A program made the position numbers and the translations under genes. DNA of 63,876 nt, the filler included, from Craspedostauros australis (Eukaryota), in NCBI GenBank assembly GCA_030167865.1. It is 7 parts of 7 records of this genome, joined end to end, with 100 filler letters (N's around TTAATTAATTAA, not from the genome) between each part and the next. Parts side by side here need not be neighbours in the genome. Positions count along the whole stretch, not along the records: positions 50,335 to 61,490 come from JALAGF010001446.1; positions 61,591 to 63,876 come from JALAGF010001447.1; 5 more parts are not named here. One strand, 5' to 3'. Of this stretch, positions 55,457 through 63,876 are shown piece after piece. Position 1 is the stretch's first letter. Every line of letters starts with the position of its first letter. The notes beneath the pieces are model-generated. The model ran no database searches, was not told where the DNA came from, and saw only the letters and a list, made by a program, of their open reading frames with translations.

Positions 55457-58400
55457 CAATCAGCCACAGACGGGCACAGTCCAGCCCGAACACCAACGGA
55501 CCCAACGCACCAGGGCATCCGAGATCGGATGAATCGCATGCCCAAACAACCCATCTCGGCCAACACACCGACAACAAACCAAAACACCAAATCAGAATAG
55601 CGGCCCTCAACGTCGGCAGCCTACCCTTGGATGTCACAGAGCCCAAAAACGACGATCTGTGGCAAACCATCCGCCAGCACTCAATCGATGTCATGATGAT
55701 GACCGAAGTCGGCATCAACTGGAACCAGACCCCGGCAGATGCATCACTCCGAAGAAGAGCAGAGCGCCATCTACGGATGACAAAGGTATCGACAGCGCAC
55801 TGCCACACCGAGTCCAGCAACCCAAGACAATGGGGTGGCGCGGCAGTCCTGGCCCACGGCAACATTGCCGGCCGAACTCTGTCCAACAGCAGCGACCCTG
55901 AGAAATGTGGGAGATGGACCAGCATGCTCCTGCAAGGACGACAAGGCGTCAAGGTCAGGATTGCTTCCGTGTACGTCCCCACCAAGTCTACCCAAACAGC
56001 CGGCACGGTATACAACCAACAAGCTGTCAAAGCTGCCCAGCGACAGTCGACTCTAACGCCCATCGACCTACTCATCAAGGACTTTCAGACACAAATCACC
56101 ATGTGGAAACAAGCAGGAGAAACCATCATCATTGGAGGCGACATGAACATGGACATCCGACGGTCCAAAATGACCAACATGCTGACCGCCCAAGGCCTTC
56201 GAGAGCACCACACCCACAAAATCACACAGCCATATGCCACCATGGTCAGAAACCGGAGTCACATCCCCATTGACGGCATGTGGACGACAGCCGACGTACA
56301 ACCAAGCCAGCTTGGCCTCACGGCATACCACGGCTGGGACCACCGCATGGTGTGGATGGATGTGCCGTCCGGCCAACTCTTCGGGCCAACGAAGCAACCC
56401 ACGACCCCATTCAGAGGACGACGACTACAACTCAGCCAACCTGCCACAGTACGAAAGTACACACAAGCATACGAGTCAGCAGCAACGACGATGCAGCTCC
56501 TCCAAAGGGCCCAGGCGCTCAACGACGAGATCGGCAAAGGACCACTCCTGCCAGCACAATCACGGGCCCTTGAGTCCTTGGACAACGACCGTGTCAAAGC
56601 CATGCTCCAAGCCGAGGCCAAATGCCGCAAGATCCGAGCGGGCGAAGTACCTTTCTCACCGAAGGTGTCCAAGCTCAGGTGGGAGCATCAGTTTTGGACC
56701 CTCAGCATCCGCCAAAGGCAGGGGCATCATACAAAAGGGAGGACCATCGACAAGGCCAGGAAGAAAGCAGGCATCCAAGTACGCACTCGGCCAATGACGG
56801 TCGCTGAAATGCACCAACGCAGAAATGCCTCATGGAAGGCATACAAGAAGGAGAAACAAGACGCCAGCAATCATTGCAGGTCCTTCCTGGCGGATGATGA
56901 AGCCGAGGTGTCCAGAGCTGGCCAAGATACGGCAAAGTACAGAGCGCAACTTCTCCAGCGAGAAGAGACCAAAGCCACCTACCGCAGAATACAGTGGACG
57001 CTGCGATCGGACGGAGCCGACGCACAGGTGACCATGGTGATCAACGACGGGCCTGGAGGAGACGGCCAACTTCTGACGACGGGAGAAGAGGTCGCTCGCG
57101 CGTGCTGTGCCAACAACATCGACAAGTACAGCCAGGCATGGCAAGCGGAGATATGCCAGAAACCCATGAGGCGGCAGCTTGGGCAATTCGGCATCGGAAC
57201 AGTGGCGGCATCCATACTTCAAGGCATCGTCCCAACCCAAATCAAGGCCAGCACGAAGGAGGTCCTCAGAGCCCTGCGACGGCCCCAAGCGGCCACGGAA
57301 TGGACCGACGACCAGCTGCAAATCTCACCAACCGATCACTCGCAAGGGTGGTCACGCATCAAAGAGAGCACCTCTTCCGGTCCATCAGGCGTGCACTTCG
57401 GGTGCTGGAAAGCCAACGCAAGAGTACCAGATCTCGCCGCCATCGACGCCATCATGCGAGAGATACCCTATCGCACAGGGTACAGCCTCCAGCGATGGCA
57501 GCAATGCGTCGACATTCAGCTACGAAAGAAGCCTGGCAACCTCTCCGTCACGAAGACGAGGACGATTGGTCTCATGGAAGGAGATTTCAACATGAACAAT
57601 CGGCTCCTCGGCAAGCAAGCTCGATCGCACGCCGAACAGAACGGCACCCTAGCATCTGAGCAGTACGGCAGCAGAAAAGCACACACCGCCCAGGAGGTGC
57701 TGATCAACACAGTTCTCATCGATGACATCGCCAGAATCACAGGCCGCCACTACGCCGTCTGCTCCAATGATGCGAAGGGATGCTACGACCGCATCGTCCA
57801 CCCAATCTTCAGCCTCGCTCTCCAAAGGCAAGGAGTCCCCCTGGGGCCCATCACTAGCACACTGCGCACGCTCCAAACAATGACCCACCGCATTCGAACG
57901 TCTGCAGGCACATCAATCTCATCCTACCATGGCAAACAAAGACACAATCACCTTCAGGGACTGGTCCAAGGCCTGGGGTCGGCACCCACAGGGTGGTTGC
58001 TAATAAGCTCGGCGATCATCGACAGCATGCGGGCGCAAGGATTCGGACTCAGCCTCCCCGACCCTGTCACGCAAGCCAGCCACGACATCGTCGGAACGGC
58101 ATATGTGGACGATACCAATATCATGCAGAGTCTCACGACGTCCCACCCCAACGAACAAGCCAGAGTCTTTCAACTGGCAGTAGACCACTGGGACGGGCTG
58201 CTGACCGCAACCGGAGGAGCATTGGAGCCGACAAAAAGCTTCTGGCAGCTGATGCGGTTCAAGTGGCAGCGCACAAAATGGGTCTATGATCTCACGCCCC
58301 CAACCATTGGAGTATACATGAACTCTCCCACAGGAGAGAGAGTGCAACTAGCCACTGCAAGCCCCCGGAAAGCAGCGAAGTACCTGGGTATGATGTCCCG

Positions 58401-60714
58401 TCGCGACGGCCGGCAAGCAGAGCACATGCAGTACCTTCTCGAGAAGGCACACACGTGGGCCGAGCGCATCCGCACGTCGCGCATCAGCCGACAAGACACC
58501 GAGGTGGCCACCAAAGCTGTGCTATGGCCCTCCCTCGCATACTCCTCTCCGGCGACAACGATGTCAGCAGACCAGTGGCGCAAGATCATGAGCTCCGCCC
58601 TCGGCGCTGCCCTGCCGGCCATGGGGATCGCCCGCACTGTCGCACGGGAGTATGTGTTCGGCCACCCGGACTTCATGGGCATAGGCGTGCAACACCTCCA
58701 CACAGTGCAGGTGGCTGCCCACTTGGCTGTGGTGATGCAGCACTTCGAACAGCCCACAGAGACGGGCAAACTGCTCCAGACCTCACTACGACACCTTGAG
58801 TTGTGGACTGGACTCCCGGGCCAGCTGCAGGAACACGAACAAGCATGGAAGGCATGGACCAGCCCAAGCTGGTGGCAGAACACGATCCAGTCTGCCAGCC
58901 AACTAGGCATAGTGATGACGAACCTGTCACGGCCTTCCTATCCACCGAGAATCGGCGACCAAACCATCATGCACTTGGCCATCGCCTCCGGCATCGGCCG
59001 AGGAGTGCTGGCACTGGCCAACGTGGCCCGACTTTACCTCAGAGCGATGTGGATCTCAGATATCGCCAACGCAGAAGGCAGCAAGATACAGACTGGCATA
59101 CTCCAGCGCCAACGCCTGCCAGCGGGCACCACCGACTGGCCCCAAGTAGGCAATGTCAGCAGGACCGCATGGGACGCGTGGGACGCGGTGATGGCGGCCT
59201 TGGTCGCACCAGACAGACCTGGCTGGCACGTGAAGACATGTCTTGGCCCATGGAACAGGCCGCCGCCGCGCCGAGCTACCCGATCCCGGGAAGGCCGCAT
59301 CTACCCGGTCAATTCGGGAGCAACGCGCAGACAGGCGAGCGATCCCCCAGCCGACGTCGTCGACCGCCTTGAACGCAGGTCAGGCATGAACGTGGTCTCC
59401 AGCGGCCCCATCCACCCACCAAACCAGCCCACCACTGTGCGAGAATGGCTCCAACGCAAAGGAGCGGCAGCAGCAGCGATGGCGGAAGCCATTCACATCC
59501 AGGGCGACCTCCACGCCATCGTGCATGCCATCGAGTCCGGCGACTGTGCAGCTTGCAGCGACGCATCGGCCAAAGACAGCCGAGGCACCGCGGCGGCAAT
59601 TGTCCAGTGCAACGCCGACGACGATCGCCACCAAGTCATTGCCACAGCCCACGTCCCCCAAGGATCCCACCCCACCGACTCCAACCGGGCCGAGCTATAC
59701 GGCGTCATGATGTCGGTCTGGGTGGTCACGTCCATTGCAGAGTGGGCAGGGATCAGTGGAAGTGCCACCATTGCGTGCGACAACAACCGCGCGCTCCGGG
59801 CTGCAAGCGCCGACAAATGGCCGGACCCGCGAAAGAAAGACTTCGACGTCTGGTCGGAGGTGGTCCGCGGCATGCGCCAGTCTCCGGTGCACTTCAGGCA
59901 GCAGGAGGTCCAAGGCCATGCTGACGACTCCGGCTCGCCCCTCACAGGATGGGAGACCATGAACGTCCTCGCCGACGCCCATGCTGGACAGCTCTGGAGC
60001 GCCACCGCCGGCAGTGCACAAGCCGACGGCACCACCGCAGTATCGACCAGCGGCTGGGCGCTGAGCACTGGAGCTGGCCCCATCACAGATCTGGGATACT
60101 GGACGGTGGCAGCTAAGGTTCGTCGCACCGACATCCAGCACAAGTGGTGCCGCCGATGGGGTGACGCTGACCCTGCCAAAGTGGACTGGGGCCCCATGCA
60201 GACTGTCTCCCGCCGCTGGAAAGGAGGAAAGCGCCGCGCCCTGCTCAAGCTCATGACGGGCACAGGCGCCAGCGGCAAGAATATGGTGAGGCGACAGCAG
60301 GAGCAGTCAGCACGGTGCCCCCGGTGCGGATTGCCCGAGGACAACAGCCACGTGCTTATGTGCCCCAGCCCCTCCAGCCAGGCCATCTGGGCAACCACAA
60401 TGCAAAAGGTGCGGTCAATCGTGCGACCGCCTACCACTCCCCCTCCAGTCGCCCAGCTCATCTGCACGTCCATCCAACGCGTCGTCACAGGCGGGCTGCC
60501 CCCATCCGGAATACGTGCGTCACCCACCAGGGACATCCAATTGCAGCAGGCACGAGTGGGCTGGACAGCACTGATTTGGGGAGGATGGGCCAAGACGTGG
60601 AGTCAGCATGCTCCACCTGTGGCACCACACAGGCGCCGGAGAAAGCCCAAGCTGCTCCGGGACTGGCAGGCCAGCGTCACCAACTCCCTATGGCACGCAG
60701 TGCTCGCCCAGTGA
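55453..60714 (+). CDS. Retrotransposon ORF2 polyprotein: APE endonuclease, reverse transcriptase, RNase H, CCHC knuckle
   Basis: APE: ALNV, TEVGINW, GGDMN, PIDG, DHR. RT: NDAKGCYDRI, QGLGSAP, AYVDDT, YLG. RNase H: SDAS, RAELYG, CDN, GHAD, NVLAD. Knuckle: CPRC..HVLMC. The frame continues past the TGA at 60712. Confidence 0.93.
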   Translation: MTISHRRAQSSPNTNGPNAPGHPRSDESHAQTTHLGQHTDNKPKHQIRIAALNVGSLPLDVTEPKNDDLWQTIRQHSIDVMMMTEVGINWNQTPADASLRRRAERHLRMTKVSTAHCHTESSNPRQWGGAAVLAHGNIAGRTLSNSSDPEKCGRWTSMLLQGRQGVKVRIASVYVPTKSTQTAGTVYNQQAVKAAQRQSTLTPIDLLIKDFQTQITMWKQAGETIIIGGDMNMDIRRSKMTNMLTAQGLREHHTHKITQPYATMVRNRSHIPIDGMWTTADVQPSQLGLTAYHGWDHRMVWMDVPSGQLFGPTKQPTTPFRGRRLQLSQPATVRKYTQAYESAATTMQLLQRAQALNDEIGKGPLLPAQSRALESLDNDRVKAMLQAEAKCRKIRAGEVPFSPKVSKLRWEHQFWTLSIRQRQGHHTKGRTIDKARKKAGIQVRTRPMTVAEMHQRRNASWKAYKKEKQDASNHCRSFLADDEAEVSRAGQDTAKYRAQLLQREETKATYRRIQWTLRSDGADAQVTMVINDGPGGDGQLLTTGEEVARACCANNIDKYSQAWQAEICQKPMRRQLGQFGIGTVAASILQGIVPTQIKASTKEVLRALRRPQAATEWTDDQLQISPTDHSQGWSRIKESTSSGPSGVHFGCWKANARVPDLAAIDAIMREIPYRTGYSLQRWQQCVDIQLRKKPGNLSVTKTRTIGLMEGDFNMNNRLLGKQARSHAEQNGTLASEQYGSRKAHTAQEVLINTVLIDDIARITGRHYAVCSNDAKGCYDRIVHPIFSLALQRQGVPLGPITSTLRTLQTMTHRIRTSAGTSISSYHGKQRHNHLQGLVQGLGSAPTGWLLISSAIIDSMRAQGFGLSLPDPVTQASHDIVGTAYVDDTNIMQSLTTSHPNEQARVFQLAVDHWDGLLTATGGALEPTKSFWQLMRFKWQRTKWVYDLTPPTIGVYMNSPTGERVQLATASPRKAAKYLGMMSRRDGRQAEHMQYLLEKAHTWAERIRTSRISRQDTEVATKAVLWPSLAYSSPATTMSADQWRKIMSSALGAALPAMGIARTVAREYVFGHPDFMGIGVQHLHTVQVAAHLAVVMQHFEQPTETGKLLQTSLRHLELWTGLPGQLQEHEQAWKAWTSPSWWQNTIQSASQLGIVMTNLSRPSYPPRIGDQTIMHLAIASGIGRGVLALANVARLYLRAMWISDIANAEGSKIQTGILQRQRLPAGTTDWPQVGNVSRTAWDAWDAVMAALVAPDRPGWHVKTCLGPWNRPPPRRATRSREGRIYPVNSGATRRQASDPPADVVDRLERRSGMNVVSSGPIHPPNQPTTVREWLQRKGAAAAAMAEAIHIQGDLHAIVHAIESGDCAACSDASAKDSRGTAAAIVQCNADDDRHQVIATAHVPQGSHPTDSNRAELYGVMMSVWVVTSIAEWAGISGSATIACDNNRALRAASADKWPDPRKKDFDVWSEVVRGMRQSPVHFRQQEVQGHADDSGSPLTGWETMNVLADAHAGQLWSATAGSAQADGTTAVSTSGWALSTGAGPITDLGYWTVAAKVRRTDIQHKWCRRWGDADPAKVDWGPMQTVSRRWKGGKRRALLKLMTGTGASGKNMVRRQQEQSARCPRCGLPEDNSHVLMCPSPSSQAIWATTMQKVRSIVRPPTTPPPVAQLICTSIQRVVTGGLPPSGIRASPTRDIQLQQARVGWTALIWGGWAKTWSQHAPPVAPHRRRRKPKLLRDWQASVTNSLWHAVLAQ

Positions 60715-61067
60715 CAGGACCGTAACAAGGCCAAGGCGTCGCAAACCTCCACCGGAATGACAGAGATGCTTCACCAGCAGGCCCGCCAGTTGAAGGCTGT
60801 GCCACCGGCGTGCATCCCAGCAGTTTTTCGTCCCCTATGGAGCTGCCCGCCCGAGTCCGACCATGCGGCCGCCCTGATCCCATGGGTGCAGGCCATGCAA
60901 CAAGGACTAGGACCCTCGGCTCCACCTGCCCCGCTGACCCTGCGAAATTGGATGAAGAACCAGCGTCGCCCCGCCCTGCCACAGACAAGGACCACGTCCC
61001 CGAGCTCCGCGGCCAACGAACCGCCCGCGTCCGCGCCAGCCGATGGCCCCACAACAGTATCCCTTAA

Positions 61068-61490
61068 CGACCCGGGTCCAACGCGTTCATTATATCCTTT
61101 TTTTCGGCCCGTGTTAAATTTTGAACGAGGTTTCCCTACCAGGAGCTACGACAGAAAGCTTTCTTTTTTAATCTAGTTCGGAACCATTCTTCTTATTCAC
61201 ACGGTTTTACTAGTAAAAAAATTTCGTCAGCCCTGATCCTGACCATGGTATGTAGCCCAGTGTTGCTTGCAGATGTAGACATCACAGATGTTGCACATCC
61301 TTCTCACTCTTTTCGGTTTCACCCCTGCCTTTCCGTCTTTCTTTGCTTTCGCCTTCAAGAACGCACAGTATGTGCAGGTCCGCTGGCACCCTTCTCTCAC
61401 GATGAACTCCTTGTGGTCGCGATACTCTCCTGTCAGTCTCTTCAAACTCAGCCTTGGTGACTTTCTGCTCATTCTCGATGCTGTTCGGAT
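61068..61490 (-). mobile_element. piggyBac-like DNA transposon, 3' end
   Basis: C-terminal Cys-rich domain CTYC...CNICDVYIC..HW..YH (stop at 61227). An AT-rich tail ends at TTAA (61064-61067), exactly where LINE-like composition stops. Confidence 0.72.
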
Positions 61491-61590
61491 NNNNNNNNNN
61501 NNNNNNNNNNNNNNNNNNNNNNNNNNNNNNNNNNTTAATTAATTAANNNNNNNNNNNNNNNNNNNNNNNNNNNNNNNNNNNNNNNNNNNN
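61491..61590. other. Artificial contig linker
   Basis: N44-TTAATTAATTAA-N44. Confidence 0.98.
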
Positions 61591-62269
61591 CTCCAGAGAG
61601 ATCCGCGCCAACAGTAGGGAAAAGCAGCATCAATAGCATATCAGCTCACCTACGCAGATGCAACAGATCTGTGCAAGAAGACAGACAACGACACGAAAAT
61701 CAAACGGATTATGAACGCGAAAGACAAACAACGAAAATGTGATCATAACGTGAATACATGCGAAAGGCATCCCACGAAAATGAAATTAACACGTGGATAC
61801 ACGCGAAAGGCAGATAAACGAAATGCTCTCGACTCAGATCGTGAGAATTATAAACTTGAGAAAAACAAAGAAAACAACTTCTACATTTTGTGCACGCAAA
61901 GTTACTATAGAGCATCTCAGGAACAGGAACAGATTTTGACCAAGTTGGTACAATCCATCACATCATCGCAAAGAACGGGATCATCATGGATGAGATCCAG
62001 TACCACAGAACTCTCTCCTCATCCATGAGAACAAGGTTGTAAGACTCGGCACACCAAACCGAAAAGCAAACAATGAAATCACAAGCATGCTCCAAAGCAA
62101 TACCATGACAAGACAAAAAGATGACATTCCAATGGTATGAATGGGTATTACTTGCATGAGCGAAGGCCATTTAGTTGGTTACAGCTATGATACTACTCAT
62201 CCGTACCTCCTTCAAAGCGATGGCAGATGAGGCTGATTGAAGATGTCATGTCATGTGAGTCGATGTCAA

Positions 62270-63155
62270 TGTGACGTGATGATGGATGCGGATGTGATCT
62301 GCTGTGGATGTGGATTGAGGTGGAAGTGAGTGGATGCGGATGTGGATCGATGTGGATGTGTTCTGTTGTGGAGGCGAGTGGACGTTGATGTGATCTGTTG
62401 TGGAGGTGAGTGAATGTGGATGTGGATGCGGACGTGGATCGATGTGGAGGTGGGTCGATGTGGAGGTGATCTGTTGTGGAGGCGAGTGGATGTGAATGTG
62501 ATCTGTTGTGGAGGTGAGTGGATGCAGATGTGGATCGGTGCGGATGTGATCTGTTGTGGAGGTGGTCTGTTGTGGAGGTGAGTGGATGTGGATGCGGACG
62601 TGGATCGACGTGGAGGTGATCTGTTGTGGAGGTGAGTGGATGTGGATCGAGGTGGAAGTGAGTGGACGTTGATGTTATCTGTTGTGGAGGTGAGTGGATG
62701 CGGATGTGGATCGATGTGGAGGTGATCTGTTGTGGAGGTGAGTGGATGCGGATCGATGCGGATGTGTTCTGTTGTGGAGGTGAGTGGATGCAGATGTGGA
62801 TCGGTGCGGATGTGATCTGTTGTGGAGGTGATCTGTTGTGGAGGTGAGTGGATGTGGATTGAGGTGGATGTAAGTGGATGCGGATGTGGATCGAGGTGGA
62901 AGTGAGTGGATGTTGATGTTATCTGTTGTGGAGGTGAGTGGATGTGGACCGATGCGGATGTGATCTGTTGTGGAGGTGAGTGGATGCAGATGCGGATCAA
63001 TGTGGACGTGGATCGAGGTGGAAGTGAGTGGATGCGGATGTGATCTGTTGTGGAAGCGAGTGGATACGGATGTGGATCGATGTGGATGTGGATCGATGCG
63101 GATGTGATCTGTTGTGGAGGCGAGTGGACATGGATGTGGATCGATGCGGATGTGA
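62270..63155. repeat. Complex modular minisatellite (GATCTGTTGTGGAGGTGAGTG cores plus variable GATGTG/GATGCG/GATC hexamers)
   Basis: More than a dozen copies of the TCTGTTGTGGA core separated by variable hexamer runs. Confidence 0.9.
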
Positions 63156-63876
63156 GGTGGCATTGGTGTTTTCAAGTTTGGTGTTGTCGTCTGCGTTCTC
63201 TTGGTGGATGTTGCTGTTGCTGTCGCTGTTGCTGTTGCTGTTGCTTCTGTTGTTGCTGGCGGCGTCGCTGCGCGGTTGGCGTTTCCGTCTGGCATCCATC
63301 CCACCTTCTGCCAAGAGAAATGGACACGCAGAATGATGCTGGTCACACCGAAACAAACCAATTTTCCTTGTTCGGAACACCCCAAAACGATCACATTCTT
63401 TGGCGCAGACACCCAACACAACTGTCCAACACAGAAGCTGAATACCACGAACGGTCGCTGTACGCATTAAAATGACGTTTTGGAAATATTGAAACGGTAC
63501 CGAAGCTGTTCCCAACGCCTCCTTCAAAATGTTTGAAATTGAATGTAACGTGTCAATAACGTCTCAAACACCGTGAACACGATCAAAACACGACCCAGAT
63601 CATCGTTGATTGCGAACAGAGGAGAGGAATCGGAACCATCTACTCTACACGTGGAGGACGGACGTCCTCCCGCTTGTGTCAGTCTGAACGTCAACTTGCA
63701 TTTAGACGTAGCAATGGAACAATGACACCCACTGTACTAGAGGAACACAACAAAGATATAAGAATGAATACTGCCATGATCGGTCCTCCACATGCATAGG
63801 AGAAGTATGGATCAGCTATAGTGGAAGTAGAGACATTGGATTAGATGGAGGAGGTGCACATGGAGAGTGCGTGTGC

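Larger units (their letters stand above)
52750..61063 (+). mobile_element. Near full-length Ambal-like non-LTR retrotransposon (ORF1 plus APE-RT-RNase H-Zn ORF2), 3' end interrupted
   Basis: Two-ORF layout and the domain motifs listed in the next two entries. The 5' boundary is approximate. The 3' end is cut at TTAA 61064-61067. Confidence 0.9.

Noticed and set aside
35589..60714. TGA-to-Trp recoding or selenocysteine readthrough (in-frame TGA at 35589, 38419, 53677 and 60712)
   Set aside because: Intact host genes here end in TGA and use TGG for Trp. The stops replace different residues (W, C, probably R) and lie in TE or TE-hit sequence. The tRNA-like element has GGA, not TCA.
62270..63155. 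CRISPR-like repeat-spacer array or telomere
   Set aside because: The intervening sequences are permutations of the same hexamers rather than unique spacers, and there is no TTAGGG-type repeat.

Overview
Eukaryotic nuclear DNA, very probably from a diatom. Evidence: bipartite plastid presequences with ASA-F or TNA-W cleavage motifs, GT-AG introns, and an APE-RT-RNase H retrotransposon of the Ambal type. The window is 7 contigs joined by artificial 100-bp linkers (N44-TTAATTAATTAA-N44), so adjacency across linkers is not biological evidence. Host genes: a carotenoid oxygenase (partial), two tandem EamA/DMT transporters, a plastid-targeted unknown protein, a SAM-domain protein, a fucosyltransferase-like protein, an AAAP amino-acid transporter, a signal-peptide-bearing ADP-ribosylglycohydrolase-family protein, a plastid heme oxygenase, a PWWP-like repeat protein, two tandem cytochromes P450, a Sen1/Upf1-like helicase with an inserted WW domain, and an MDR oxidoreductase. 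Mobile DNA: a 5'-truncated LINE with a perfect 22-bp TSD that appears to sit in an intron, a nearly full-length Ambal-like element whose 3' end is cut by a piggyBac at TTAA, and probable DNA-transposon ends. The most unusual signal is an 86-nt non-canonical tRNA-like cloverleaf at 31962-32047 (8/5 fold, long variable arm, GGA at the anticodon position, upstream TATA), directly upstream of the ADP-ribosylglycohydrolase gene. All assignments come from reading motifs by eye; no searches were run.
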